The notes under the pieces are model-generated. The model made no database searches. It saw only the letters and a program-made list of their open reading frames with translations, and was not told the origin of the DNA. This document shows, in pieces, positions 1 through 14,212 of a stretch of DNA of 64,000 nucleotides (positions within the stretch are counted from its first letter, which is position 1; every line of letters begins with the position of its first letter). This stretch comes from Octopus sinensis (lineage: Eukaryota). The translations under genes and the position numbers were made by a program. The stretch lies in contig NC_043016.1 in assembly GCF_006345805.1 (NCBI RefSeq), positions 15,872,001 to 15,936,000 on the forward strand, given 5' to 3'.

Positions 1-348
1 TAATCTGATCTGGTAAGGTTTCTACAGCTGGATGTCCTTCCTAACGCCAACCACTCCAAGAGTGTAGTGGATGCTTTTTACATGCCACTGTCATGGGGGC
101 CAGTCAGGTGGCACTGGCATTAACCACACTAGAATGATGTTTTTTACGTGCCACCAACACAATATATGTTTTTATGCACTATTACTTGTTTCATGTGATG
201 AATGCATCATAGACAGCAATTTTTAACATATCTAGTGTCTTAGCACAATCTTCAGGCAATGCCCATATGGCATACAAGCTAAAAATAGAACAATAGGGCA
301 AGAGAAAAAACAAGAAAGGCAAGAAAGAAGTTCATACTATATATATAT

Positions 349-400
<52 letters not shown>

Positions 401-416
401 ATTTTACTATAAACTT

Positions 417-1497
417 CATCATCATCATCATTTAACATCCGCATTCCATGCTAGCATGGGTTAAACGATTTGAGTGAGGACTGGTGAACCAGATGGCTGC
501 ACCAGGCTCCAATCTGATCTGGCAGAGTTTCTACAGCTGGATGCCCTTCTTTAACACCAACCTCTCCAAGAGTATAGTGGGTGCTTTTTACGTGCCACCG
601 GTACAAGAGCCAGTCAGACGGTACTGGCAAGGGCCATGCTCAAGTGGTGTTTTTTTCATGCCACCTGCACAGGAGCCAGTCCAGTGGCACTGGCAACGAC
701 CTCACTCGAATGTTTTTCATGTGCCACCAGCACAAGTGCCAGTAAGGCAATGCTGGTAACAATCACGTTTGAATGGTGCTTTTTACGTGCCACCGGCCTG
801 GAAGAAAGTCAGCTGCTCTGGCAGCGATCATGCTCAGATGGTGCTCTTAGCGCTTCACTGGCATGGGTGCCAGTCGTCGAATTTGCAAATTTGATTTGAT
901 TTCGATTTCACTTGCCTCAACAGGTCTTCACAAGCAGAGTTTAGTGTCCACTGAAGGAAAGATATGTATAAGTGGCTGGTTACAACCCTGACATAGGTCA
1001 TATGGTTATGGTCTCACTTGGCTTGCCGGGTCTTCTCAAGCACTGCATATTTCCAAAGGTCTCGGTCACTGGTCATTGCCTTGGTGAGGCCTAATGTTCA
1101 AAGGTCATGCTTCACCACCTCATCCCAGATCTTCCTGGGTCTACCTCTTCCACAGGTTCCCTCAACCACTAGGGTGTGACACTTTTTCACACAGCTATCC
1201 TCATCCATTCTCGCCACATGGCCATACCAGCACAGTTGTCTCTCTTGCACACCACATCTGATGCTTCTTAGGTCCAACTTTTCTCTCAAGGTACTTACAA
1301 CTCTGTCATGTATGCACACTGACATTACACATCCATTGGATCATACTGGCTTCGTTCCTTGCGAGCTTAAACATGTCCTCAGCAGTCATGGCCCATGTTT
1401 CACTGCCATGTAGCATGGCTGTTCGTGCACATGCATCATACAGTCTACCTTTTACTCTGACCGAGAGGCCCTTTGTCACCAGCAGAGGTAAGAGCTT
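417..1497 (-). mobile_element. 5'-truncated RTE-clade LINE (RT C-terminus, 3'UTR with tandem units, (GAT)n tail)
   Basis: CWYGHVARMDEDSCVKKC...GRGRPRKIWDEVVKHDL at 1098-1325; (CAT)n at 417-431; same family as 27713-29740. Confidence 0.9.
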
Positions 1498-2321
1498 GTA
1501 CTAATAATATACCTTCAAATGACTTATTGTTTAAGCTAAGAAAAATTAGGACTCACCATCATCATCGTCACATAATCATTATTATTATTATTATTAGGGC
1601 AGTGGACTATCAGAATCATGTAAAGTTTTGGAGAAAATGCCTTACAGCATTTCTTCTGGTTCCTTATGTTCTGGAATGCAATCCAATTGACATTAACTTC
1701 ATTTATTATCTTTCCAGAGTAAATAAAATAAAGTACTAGGCAAGTTCCAGGGTGAGTTTTCCCAATGCACCTGTGTGCTGGTGACACGTAAAAGGCACAC
1801 AGTAAACAGTATGGAGGGTTGGCATTAGGAAGGGCATCCCACCATAGAAACCAAGCCAAAACGGACTGCAACCTGGTGCAGCTCTCTGGCTTACCAGTTC
1901 TAGAGAAACTAACCGATGCTAGCATGGGAAAGTGATGATGATGATGATGATGGGGTAAAGAAGTAGTGGCTGTGGATTGGACACATATTATACAAACCAG
2001 TAATGAATATTACCAAACACCTACATGGAATCTATGAAAAATTACTTGCCAAGAAAGCAGAGTACACATAGAATGAACTAGAGAGCACAAATGAGGACAG
2101 AAAAAGTGAAGAAACATTGGCAGTGGGTAATCAATATACACACGTGGCTATGTGTTTAAGAAGTTTGACTCTCACGATGCGGTCCCAGGTTCAGCCCAAC
2201 TGTGTGGCACCTTGGGCAAGTATCTTTTACTATATAGCTTTGGGCTGACACAACCTTATGAGTGGACTTCACGGATAGAAAGAGAAGAAGTCAAGTGTGT
2301 GTGTATGTATGTATGTATATG

Positions 2322-2363
<42 letters not shown>

Positions 2364-2364
<1 letters not shown>

Positions 2365-2470
2365 TTTATTTAAAGCAGCAGAAAATTCAACAAAATCTGT
2401 TACTCTGATGGACGGCAACGAGAACTCAGAGTAACAGATTTTGTTGAATTTTCTGCTGCTTTAAATAAAG
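2364..2470. repeat. Perfect 45-bp-arm inverted repeat between (TA)n tracts
   Basis: CTTTATTTAAAGCAGCAGAAAATTCAACAAAATCTGTTACTCTGA with its exact reverse complement at 2426-2470. Confidence 0.92.
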
Positions 2471-2608
2471 CATATTACTCTACCACTGGTATTTGAGTAC
2501 TCTTTTTTTCCACCTTGTTTCACATTTATGTGTTTACTCCGGTATATATATATATATTGGAGACAATAAGTAACAAGATAAAGGAGAAATTTAATTTAAT
2601 TTAATAAT

Positions 2609-2837
2609 ATGGCCTAGTGGTTAGGGCAGCGGACTTGCGGTCGGAGGATTGCGGTTTCGATTCCCAGACCGGGCGTTGTGTGTGTTTATTGAGCGAAAAC
2701 ACCTAAAAGCTCCACGAGGCTCCGGCAGGGATGGTGGTGATCCCTGCTGTACTCTTTCACCACTCTAAAGGCGGTGCTCCAGCATGGCCACAGTCAAATG
2801 ACTGAAACAAGTACAAAAAAAAAAAAAAAAAAAAAAA
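2609..2837 (+). mobile_element. tRNA-derived SINE (family C tail), with A-rich end
   Basis: A box TGGCCTAGTGG, B box GTTTCGATTCC; tail CCAGCATGGCC.CAGTCAAATGACTGAAACAAGTA shared with about 17075, 44878 and 51040. Confidence 0.7.
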
Positions 2838-3497
2838 TATTATTTCACATTCTGAGTTGAATGTTTGCTGAGATCAACTTTACTTTCATCCTTTTGAGGT
2901 CAACAAAATAAAGTACCAGTAATATACTGAAATTTAACTAAGTTTGTTGTCATGTGCCTCAGTGTGAAATTATAAAACTGAAATTAAATTTCATGGTTTT
3001 TCCATTTTCTGCAAGTCTCAAGAGAAAATAGTTTCAAAAGGACATTCCCCAACAAAAAATAGATTGGTATATAAAACTGCTTCTGCAGTTAAAGCTAATG
3101 AAATTTTGAGTAGATATATGATTTCCACAGTAAAAAGGCTTAAGACGAATTGGTGGAGCTTACTGTTAGGAATATTGCACAAGAGAATTCAAAGAGTTTT
3201 AGTTTACAGTGATACAACAATAATGGTAATAATCCTTTCTATTGGAGGCACAAGGCCTCAAATATGGTGGGGAAGGGACAAGTCGATTACATCGACCCCA
3301 GTGTTTCACTGGTGCTTAATTTACTGACCCTGAGAGGATGAAAGGCAAAGTTGACCTTAGCAGAACTTGAACTCAGAACGTGACTGGTGAAATACCACTA
3401 AACATTTTACCCACCATGCTAACGATTCTGCCAGCACCCCCCCCCCCGCCTTGATGAAAGTGGTAATAATGAGAGGCTAAAATAAGAAGATGGTTAC

Positions 3498-3765
3498 CTT
3501 GAGTCTGTCCAAGCTTTGTCCATATTCATCCATCACAGTTGTTCCATTGTGCATCACCCCGTTTGAAGTCATCATCCATGTACCAGAGCGAACGTTGGTC
3601 ATCGTTGGAGGAAACTCCAGACTGGTCGGTGAATGTGTAGTGACTCCAATCTCAATGGAACCGGCCCATTTATCTATCATCTTGTCAATGCGTACTTCAA
3701 ATAACTCATTAGGTTTTAGTGGACGATTAGTCAAAACTACCCCATAATTGAAGTCTTCATGAGCA
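3498..3765 (-). CDS. NEURL4: NEURL4 coding exon 8 (NHR3); gene continues beyond window start
   Basis: aacag|T; [45 protein letters not shown]...[11 protein letters not shown]; donor AAG|GTAACC; 268 nt, phase 2 to 0; no further exon seen in 1-3497. Confidence 0.94.
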
Positions 3766-4252
3766 CTGTTAATGGAAAGAAAGAAACAATTACTGAATGA
3801 TTATGATGGATCAACTTCGTTACTCTTTATTATTCGTCTACACAGGTTTCATTTATTCTAACAAAGACTGGCAGTTCTAATGTAGGTGCTTGTTAACCCT
3901 TTCATAACCATAATACTGCATTACATATTTTGACGGGTTCGTATAAGGTTCTAATAAATACTCTAGTATTCATAGCAATGATGGTATTATTTATATTGTG
4001 TATTTATACAAAGAGTTCAATTCCTAGACCGGGTGGTGCGTTGTGTTCTTGAGCAAAACACTTCATCTCTCATTGCTCTGTGACCACTTTGGCATTGATG
4101 CCTGGCACACAGGGCACCTGTTCAGATAATGTTGATTTGATAGAGAGAAAGTGAGTGGAACGAACCTTTGATCTCTATAAACAAATCATTTGTGCAGGTC
4201 GTTTGGCAAAAAGCTGAACTCTCATGCGTCATGTTTGACAAGAGTCCACCAC

Positions 4253-4288
<36 letters not shown>

Positions 4289-4376
4289 CATACACATGTT
4301 GTTGGCATCCTTTTTGTCTGTGGAGACAATGGAGTTGCACATAAAATAATCTAGTCCAGCTTTTACATCTCATGTC

Positions 4377-4680
4377 CTAATACATCTCCTGCTGTGGCTG
4401 TGTAGTCCTATCCTGGACAAACACTCCCTCTGGCAGGTACCGCAAATGTAGCGAAGACTGTTCCTGGCTGGTTGTAATGCCATAGTTTCTTGTTGACGTC
4501 TCTTCTTTTCTTTCCATTTCTCCTCTCTCTCTCCCTCTGTCACTCCTTTGTGTCCCCTCTTTTACGGTACGTTGCCAATCTCCACGGTTGCTGGCAACTG
4601 TTTCCCAGTTGCTAATATTGATGTCACAGGACTTCACGTCCCTTTTGCAAACATCCTTGTATCGTAAGAACGGTCTTCTT
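4377..4680 (-). mobile_element. 3' fragment of a second RTE family (RTE-1/BovB-like)
   Basis: RYKDVCKRDVKSCDINISNWETVASNRGDWQRTVKEG followed, after a frameshift, by a terminal C2H2-like CGTCQRECLSRIGLHSHSRRC. Confidence 0.75.
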
Positions 4681-4732
4681 TATATATATATAAAGATATA
4701 CCTATCTATCTATCTATATTATATATATATAG

Positions 4733-4769
<37 letters not shown>

Positions 4770-4773
4770 TAGA

Positions 4774-5293
4774 TGTAGTGGATCTTGCAAGCGTGAAGTG
4801 GATTCGATCCACCACAGCCAAATTTAAATTAACACTGTAACAGAACTTTTCCCACGATGGAACAATGGTTTTTCTCTGACAGCAGTTTTACATTTTCCAG
4901 ATGCTTTAGCTAGGCCGAAATAATGTCTTCACCACTTGACCCTCTAACCTCTTCTACTTCACCAAAAGCTAGAATAGAGATAACAAGACCACCAACTAAA
5001 TCTATTGTTCTCAATCATATATCTATCCTTCTGGATAGCTATAAAAACAAGAACCCCCAAGCAAAAACCATATAGTCACTTGGCGACAACTGAACGAGGC
5101 AGCTCGTGACGACTCAATTAGTTAGGGAACGGACTGCTAGAATCACGATCACAAGGAATGCCTCTACTAAAGATAATGGTCAGTGAGAGAAATGAAATTT
5201 ACTGTCAGCAACTGTGAGACAACACCCTACAATTCTCTCTAGCTCCAATTCTGTTCTCTTATAACATTCTGTCGCTATCTGTGGATTACTACA
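4774..5293. mobile_element. Possible solo LTR
   Basis: Begins TGTAGT and ends ACTACA, about 520 bp, CpG-containing; no target-site duplication found. Confidence 0.3.
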
Positions 5294-5829
5294 AACAATT
5301 TGTGCACGCCAAACTATGCAAAGAAACATTTTACCGCATCTAACTTTCTTTCGCATGCTTTTGGATCAATCATAACCTGCTCGTCGAGGTATGGTATTTT
5401 TTAACGTAACGGTAAATAAATACTTTCTTAAAACTTCATGCATTGTTCATCTTTCACATCCTACAGTATGCAATTATAGCAACATATTTTTATCGTTACA
5501 ACTGCTGACTTCGACACATCATAATATTGTGCACCTAATCAATTTCACCTGTTACATATATATATATATATGCACACACATGTATATACATACACACACA
5601 CACAAATACATTTTGCACACACATATGTAGGAAAAGTGAGACAGTGAGAGAGAGATGTCTAAGGCTTATTGATGCGGTTATATAAAGTAGAGAGTCTTGT
5701 GCAAGATCTTATGATGTTAGATATATTTTAGAAATGATGATGATGATGAAATATCTCAAGTTCTGGGATGAGATATTGTAAATAAACACTGATAAAATGA
5801 ACGTCCTAATGTTTTCAATAATGATCGGA

Positions 5830-6341
5830 TGACATGCCATGCTTGAAGAGATCTATTGAGTCGAGTAAAATCAAAATCAAAATCACAATCGAATCAAAAT
5901 AAAGTGGAAATTGTAGTTGTGGCCGATGCCAGTGCCTCCTGACTAGCACCCGTGCTGGTGGCACACAATAAGCACCACTCATGCGTGGGTCGATGCCAGT
6001 GCTGCCTGACTGGCACCCTGTGCCAGTGGCATGTAAATAGCACCATCTGAACGTGGTCGATGCCAGCCACCCCTGCCTCGACTGTGCCAGTGACATGTAA
6101 AAAGCACCATCTGAACGTGGCTGATGCCAATACTGCCTGATTGGCTCCTGTGCTGGTGACATGAAAAAGCACCCACTACAGTCTCGTAGTGGTTGGCATT
6201 AGGGAGGGCATCCAGCTGTAGAAACCTTGCCAAATCAGATTGGAGCCTGGTGCAGCCTCCTGGCTTGCCAGTCCCCAGTCAAATCATCCAATCCATGCCA
6301 CCATGGAAAATGGGCCTTAAATGATGATAATAATGATGATG
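5830..6341 (+). mobile_element. RTE 3'UTR-only copy; similar copies at about 1-155(-), 1765-1952(+), 8637-8911(+), 11215-11400(-), 38010-38240(+), 44568-44700(-), 61741-62020(+)
   Basis: Shared GGTGGCACGTAAAAAGCACC units and GGAAGGGCATCCAGCTGTAGAAAC...CCATGCTAGCATGG...GTTAAA(TGA)n terminus. Confidence 0.85.
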
Positions 6342-6997
6342 GTAATGTATTCATATGAAGATGAAAATCACAACTGCACAAGTTTCTGCTTGAATTAGAG
6401 GAGAATTTTTTGCTGCCAAACAGTACAAGAATGCAGCGAACTGGCTCCTGTTATGAAATGTCACAGAGGCAAAAGTTGGCCTTCCTCAGATAAATAACAC
6501 CTATCTGGACTATGTTTCATAAACATTCTTATTTCTGCTGTGGTGAATAAATTTATAGATCTTCATTATATCACTAATATTGTTCCATAGTTAAAATTGT
6601 TTAAAGCATAACACTAAATTTCGTTTTGTTGTGCAGAAGATTTGGATTGTGTATTTGATTTCTTTCCATAGTTAAGGTTGTTTAACCCTTTTGTTACCAC
6701 TACCTCTGTAGAAATACACCTTTGTTTCAATTAATTTTGAAAATAATGAAGAATTAGTTAAATAAACTTTGTTGTTATTAAACTGAGGTTTGGAGCATAA
6801 ATTAACATGGAATTGATTTATCTTAAGTAGTTTTAAAACAGGAGACTTGTATCTCAGAACTGAGGACGATTTAAGGTGGGTATGTATTACAAATGGTTTT
6901 GAAGTATAACAGTCAAACACAAGCAGCAGCAACAGGAAGAACAAAAACAAAGAAGAATCATAAAGGAATTAATAAATAGTCACAAAATATTAATTAC

Positions 6998-7082
6998 TTG
7001 GGTCGAAATGCCGTCTTTTGTCCATTGATTACTGAAGCATGGAATCCACAATATGGATGAAACAATAATTTATCTCCTTGCT
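6998..7082 (-). CDS. NEURL4: NEURL4 coding exon 7 (start of NHR3)
   Basis: tgcag|AG; EQGDKLLFHPYCGFHASVINGQKTAFRP; donor AA|GTAATT; 85 nt, phase 1 to 2. Confidence 0.92.
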
Positions 7083-8395
7083 CTGCAAATAAACAATTAC
7101 AACTTTTATGTCAATAATACACAATACACACAATTTACAATGACACGATGATTTCATTCTAAAATAGAGTATGAGTCTCAAGAAATAATCAGAGATTAAG
7201 GGATAAGAAGAATAACACTGATATTAATTTCTAATCCCAAATTCCCTTGCTCTAATATTGATTTCTTTTGATTATGATACAAAGCTGATATTTTCAAGTG
7301 TAAAGTGAAAGAAATAAACAACTATAGAATTTATTTATGATTATTGTCTACTAAACCACACCTGCATGGAATTCATTAAGGTGTATTTTCTATGCCAAGA
7401 TGCCCTTCTGGTTGCCAACATTCATTTGTTTCCAAACAATGTAATATTTCCCAATAGGTGAATAAGTTCCCACAGAAGGCTGGAAATAAGGGTCACTGCA
7501 TGTATGACAGTGACATACATTAATAACAACTGTGTGATAATAGTCAAAACAAGGAGATACAAACATTTGCACCCAAATACCTCCCCACATATACATATAC
7601 ACAGATATGACTGACTTCTTTCAGTTTCCCATTTTCTAAATCCATTCAAAAGGCTTTCTTCAACCTGAGACTATACAGAAGACACCTGCACAAGGTGCCA
7701 CGCAGTGGGACTGAACCTGAAACCATGTGGTTGGGAAGCAAGCTTCTTAGCACACAGCCATGTCAAGGACTTGTATATCATGTATACAGTCAAAGTTAGT
7801 GGTTTGAGATGAAAAGCAAAAATTGATCCAAACAAGATGTATATCTGTCTGACCAACAGATAAAGACCAAGGGACCAATTACAGGTGTGTTGATAGTGAA
7901 GTAATTAAGGATATACATATAATCAGATGAAACTGAATGTTCCTCAGAGACTGCCTCTGAGACATTGAAAAGTGTGAATAAATGTCACACTTTTAATATG
8001 CGTAAGTAATCAGAGAGGGCAAGAAGGCATTAGTCTCAACAATTGGTACTTAGCAGCATCATTTCCAACTACAGCAACATTAAAACTGCCAGAGACAAGG
8101 AATTACAAATGTCTCAAATTGATGGATCAACTTTTGAAGAGGGCAGAAAGAAGGAGTTGTTTAACCTCAGTATTGTTTCTAGGATTACGTATTACAATGT
8201 GTCCCTCTGTTTTTAGGATAGTAAGCTGAAATCTGAAGGAAAGGGGCTTTTTTCACTTCAGTGCAGGCTTTGATCGATTCATAATATGATGGCAATACAA
8301 CTTCAACTACTAATTGTGGGGCTCTAACTAAAGAGACAGAAATTGGACCCCCAACTAGTTTTGGAAATATGGGCAGTGTAGCTGACTGTGTGTAT

Positions 8396-8499
<104 letters not shown>

Positions 8500-8938
8500 A
8501 CTAATCTCAGAAAGATGAAAAGCAAAGTTGACCTCAGATTTTTTTTTTTTACTCAGGAAACAACAAAGAACCAAAACAATTACAGCAGGGCTGTGCCTGA
8601 TGCCCTACTGACTACCAGTCAATTAACAAAACTTCAATGCCAGTGCCACTAGACTGGCTCCCGTGCCAGTGGCACATAAAAAGCACCATTTGAGCATGGT
8701 TGATGTCAGTGCCACCTGACTGACACCTGTGTCAGTGGCACGTAAATAGCACCTACTACACTCTTGGAGTGGTTGGCATTAGGAAGGGTATCCAGCTGTA
8801 GAAACCTTGCCAAATCAGACTGGGGCCTGGTGTAGCCTTCTGGTTTACCAGTTCTCCGTCAAATTGTCCAACCCATGCCAGCATGGAAAGCAGACGTTAA
8901 ATGATGATGATAGTGTTATTGCATTAAGGACAACTTAC

Positions 8939-9260
8939 CTTCAATAATATCAGGATCGTCTGAATAAAACTGGAATGAGTTGTTTCTTCTTTGGTCAGTA
9001 ACAGTGGCAGCAGCAGCTGAGTCTGGAGTCGAAACTGCCTCCATGTTAGCCAACTGCATGGGAACACATTCATTGTTACAAACGGGAGTTCTTACTGGAC
9101 TGCTATCTATAATAGTAACCTTGACAGCCATGCCATAAAGATCCACCACACCCCATACTGTGGGCGTGACATCCGTTGCAGCTATCCCCTGATCCATACC
9201 ATTGATAAAGTAATGAAGGGATCCATTAGATTTCCGCACCAATCCTATCCTGTCACCCAC
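8939..9260 (-). CDS. NEURL4: NEURL4 coding exon 6 (end of NHR2 plus linker)
   Basis: tgtag|GTG; [28 protein letters not shown]...[16 protein letters not shown]; donor G|GTAAGT; 322 nt, phase 0 to 1. Confidence 0.94.
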
Positions 9261-12221
9261 CTACAAATAAAAATGGAACATTATCAGTTGTTAATAATAA
9301 TAATAATAATTGTTTCTACTGAAAGCACAAGGCCTGAAATTTTGGGGAGGGGCTAGTTGATAATATCGACTCCAGTGCGTAACTGGTACTTATTTCATCC
9401 ACCCTAAAAGGATGAAAAGCAAAGCCAACCATGGTGAATTTGAACTCAGAACGTAGTGACAGGTGAAACGCCACTAAATATTTTGCTTGGCATGTTAACG
9501 ATTCTGCCAGTTTGCCACATTAATAATAATAATAATAATAATATTAATAATAACAACATCAATTCTACTATAGGCACAAAGCCTGAAATTTGGGAGAGAG
9601 GACTAGTTGATTACATTAACCCCAGTGCATAACTAGTATTTATTTCATCGACCCCAAAAGGATGAAAGGCAAAGTCAATTTTGCAGAACATAAAGGCAGA
9701 TGAAATACCGCTAAGCATTTTGTGCTGCATGTTAATGATTCTGCCAGTGTGTGTGTGTGAGAGTATGAACACGTATATCAATTTAGCAAAATGAAATAAA
9801 TTGTTGATAACCTATTTTCATCAGGTTCTACTTTTACATTTTTCCAGCACAAAATATTTGCAACAAAATTAGTGAGATAGATTTCCGTGAAGGTTCAGAC
9901 ATTCACATGTGCCATCGAGACAATTACATTGCTTTTATAGTTGAAAGCAAATGAGACTATGCAGCATTCATTCCTTTCTCAGGGTTAAATGGTTACTACC
10001 TGGTAACCAAAAGGTTTACTTGAAAATTTTTTAAAGCAGGTGTGTTACACTTAAAATTTTTTTTATAAAATTATTATTAGCAATGCCACATTATTAGAAC
10101 TGTCTCTAAACTGACTTTTGCTACATTCCTGACAACAATATTGGTTAATTCTTCTTTGGGACATTTCTGTTAGTTGATATAATTTTCTAAAACCTATGAA
10201 AGTGTTGCTTCAGTATGGTCGTAGTTCAATAACCAATAGAAGAAATGAATAATTGTTTACTCTCACCTCACTCCTCACATTGTTAACATGGAAAAAAAAA
10301 CTGGCGTATATTAAATTTAAAATTAAACAAGAATATTCACAATTTCACAAGAATATTCTTAATGTTAGCATATAATTTAAGCAAGAAATATTTCACAACA
10401 AAAATTTAAATACAAAACATGGAAGGGTGTATGTATAATTTTATTGACAGTGACTTCAAAGGTTCATTGATAGCAATGATACCAATGATACTGAAACTTT
10501 GAAGTTCCTGACAATATAATTATTAACAACATGCAACTCTATACTTGTAGTGAGTTTGTTTTTTTTTCAGTTAATGTTGGAAGATTTTATAAAATATTTT
10601 TATTATAAAAACAATCTCTAACTATATATCTGTATACATATCTCTTTCTGAATATTTAAAAAAATATAAAAATATTATTGAAAGTATTATTTAAATAATA
10701 ATGCAATTTCATGGTCTCGTTAGTATGAAGTTTAGAACATTAGGAGTGTTCCCATGACACACAGAATGAAATGAAAAATTTAAGTTTCAAACAGATGTTT
10801 TTGCACATGGCACTCGCAAGATCTCTTTTTAAAAGGAAACAAAAGAAAAAAAAATAAAGATAAGACTTTTCTTCAAAACTTTCATATAATATTTCAAAAT
10901 ATATTCAAACAACAGATGGCTCAGAATACCAGCTGAATATATATGTGTGTATGTGTGTGTACAGATTGATTATATATATGTATATGTGTGTGTGTGTGTG
11001 CACAGATGTCCCATAATGTTTATAAGTAAATATCATTGTCATACAAAATGAGGTCGTTTGTTTACAATCTTCCATGAAAAATAAGTCTAGCTATGGGAAA
11101 ATAATACATTTGTTTGCAACAGGAAGAGTATCTGGCCACAGAAAATCTGCCTCAACAAATTCTGTCAGACCCAAAGAAGCAAGGAAAGGTGGATGTTAAA
11201 TGATGCCTGCCTATGCATCCTCGTCGTCGTCATCATCATTAAACATCCGTTTTCTAAACAGGTATGGGTTGGACGGTTTGATCAGACTTGGTAAGGCCAC
11301 ACAAACTTCACTGTCTTTTCTGGTTTGGTTTCTACAGCTGGATGCCCTTCCTAACCACTTTACAGAGTGTGGACTGGGTGCATTTTTATGTGGCACCAGG
11401 ACACCATCTTGACAGCTGGACTTATTTTTTTTAAAGCTTGGTAATTATTCTACCAGTTGCTTTGGCCAAACTGCTAAGTTATGGAGATGTAAATACATCA
11501 ACACCCATTATCATGTGGTGGTGTGGGACAAACACACACACGACAGGCTTCTTTCAGTTTCTCTCTACCAAATCCAGTCACAAAGCTTTGACCAGCCCAA
11601 GGTGCCACAGAATGGGATTGAACCTGGAACCATGTGGTTGGGAAGCAAACTTCTCACCACACAGCCATGCCTGTGTCTATATACATGTGTACACACACAC
11701 ACAGAGCCTACAGAGTGAGTACAGATAAAATAAGCCCCGATATTGTCTCCTCACTCCTCAACTCGTTAACATGGAAAAACTGGTGTAATAAAGAATTAGT
11801 TTTGTTGTTCAGTTCATTACAAACTATAGATTCTTAGCTCTGTTTACACCACAAACATTGTTTAAATGGAATTCTTGTTCTAAAATACTTTTCTGACTGA
11901 CTGTTCTGGATTCCTGAATTCTTGCACTCAACAGATTCAATGATAGAAGAAATGTAAAAATAATGACATTGGTTTTGAAAGTAAAAATTATGATGGTGGT
12001 GATGGTTATACGATGGTGTTGATATTGATGGTAGTGATGATGATGATGATGATGATGGTTATATCGGCAGTAGCAGAAGTGGTGAGAATGAGGATAGAGA
12101 TGATGACAGCAAGAATGATGCCAACAATACCAAGTGTAGTGGGTAGTGTTGGTGACAGCAGCAGAAGTGGTGAGAATGATGATGATAATGATGATGGCTA
12201 AAGGGTTTTTGCTTAACTTAC

Positions 12222-12310
12222 AGCAAGATCATCAAGGTTGAATTCTCCATACTCCCTTCTAGTTCCTTTCCCATTGGTGAGGATGCCACAGCCACTCATC
12301 ATTATTGTTC
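12222..12310 (-). CDS. NEURL4: NEURL4 coding exon 5 (NHR2)
   Basis: tgcag|GA; [30 protein letters not shown]; donor GCT|GTAAGT; 89 nt, phase 1 to 0; absent from the ORF track. Confidence 0.94.
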
Positions 12311-12612
12311 CTGCAAAGGATAAGATACAAACAAAATGTCTAAATAAGCAAAGAATTACAGATATATATATCTCATATATATATATATATCTTATATATA
12401 TATATATATTATATATATCTTAGGTATGAAAGGTACTGGTGTCAGAAAGACCCAAAAGGTATCGAGTAAACACTAAGTAAGTGCTATGGATAGATCATGG
12501 TTAAGCTCCAGGCTTGATAATGATATGAGGAGTCCAACATATATATAAATTGACAGAATGACATAAAAAAAACCAAGGCACTAAATAGATTTCATAACAT
12601 TTATCAAGAAAA

Positions 12613-12660
12613 GTCTTACAGCTGTTTCCAGGATATTTTATATATCCCTTCATCAGAGAC
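12613..12660 (-). ncRNA. Minimal type I hammerhead ribozyme (Penelope-like element type)
   Basis: GUCU CUGAUGA AGGGAUAU AUAAA AUAUCCUG GAAAC AGCU GUA AGAC; palindromic helix III; first helix II pair is an A.G mismatch. Confidence 0.75.
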
Positions 12661-12913
12661 GGTGCGAGAAAATGTTTGAGTATTAATTATTGTAGAGAAG
12701 ATATGAAATACAGAAGGAAGTAAGAGAATGAATATAGAAGTGAGATATATAAGGATATTGTATTTGAACCACTTATATACACCATTCTACTTGAATAATG
12801 GAACTGCAAATACAATATCTTTATGTATCTCACTTCTATATTAACTCTCTTACTTCCTTCTGTATTTCATATCTTCTCTACAATAATTAATAGTCAAATA
12901 TTTTCTTGCACCA
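12661..12913. repeat. Inverted repeat (arms about 106 bp) abutting the hammerhead at 12613-12660
   Basis: GGTGCGAGAAAAT...ATATTGTATTTG vs CAAATACAATAT...ATTTTCTTGCACC. Confidence 0.9.
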
Positions 12914-13072
12914 TTTAATATAGATAATATCTTTCACTATCAATTGAATTGCTTAATAGAGGTTATTTCTCTTAATTATATACATATATTATATATTGTG
13001 AAATTCGATTTAGAATTGCTAAATTGAATTTTTTCCTGTAAATTTGGAATTTTATATTCCCTACTATTATTA

Positions 13073-13112
<40 letters not shown>

Positions 13113-13691
13113 GGGAGGGGCAATAAGAAAATGGAGGAGATCAATAGGTGGTATTCCTCAACTTTTAGACATTATATTATGTCAATTTATTTATTTACTA
13201 AAAGGACAATTATAACAATATACATACATGTATAACACATTATGCTTTACGAATATAATATATAAAATATTAAAATATCAGTAGTCCAGAGGCAAAAATA
13301 CCTCATTCTACTTCTATCCATCCAGTGGACTGAAGTAATTAGTAGATGAAATTGAGGTACTTGGGTATTTCTCTAGGCTTTGTCAGAGATTTTAGAAAGT
13401 ACATAAGGTTAAGTTATAAATATAAACACACACACATACACATACTTTTACATATACATACATATACATAAATACATATACCTACACTTAAATGTACATG
13501 CATATGTACATATATATGCATACAAATGAATCAATTATTATTATTAGATACATTATATTATTCATATTAGATAAAATATGAACACAGGTATGAGAAAGTT
13601 ATCATAAGAGGAGTAATATTGCAATTTATAAAATCAATATATCTTCAGATTATTTTAGTTGTGTAAGAATGAAACTGTATATACATGAGGA

Positions 13692-13728
<37 letters not shown>

Positions 13729-14137
13729 CACACACATACATATTTCCGTACAAACATACTCTTAGGTACATATGTACATCTAATACGTATGTACCTATTA
13801 AAAATTAAAAATAAAATTTATACTTTGTAATATTAAGAATTAAAATTTATAAATTATACATTATAAATATGAATTAGTATATATACATATCAACCTTGTA
13901 AAGTCAAGTATATAATGTCAAATACAAATTATACATATAAAATTATACTTCAGAATAAAATTGTGTTTAAATGTGAAATATAACAAGGAAAATTCAAATA
14001 CAAATCTTCCTTTTTTGCTGGTACCAGGATTGCTTTTCAAAATGGCAATTAGAGGAAGAAGATAGCAGGGAACTATGGGAATTTATAGGTGATTAGTACC
14101 ATTTATGCTTGGTACTAATCACCTATAAATTAATAAA

Positions 14138-14169
<32 letters not shown>

Positions 14170-14212
14170 CGTATATTTTATTAATTAATTATTTTATTAT
14201 TGTAATTATCTT

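Noticed and set aside
2609-2680. tRNA gene
   Set aside because: A and B boxes are present but there is no complete cloverleaf, and it continues into a SINE body and tail
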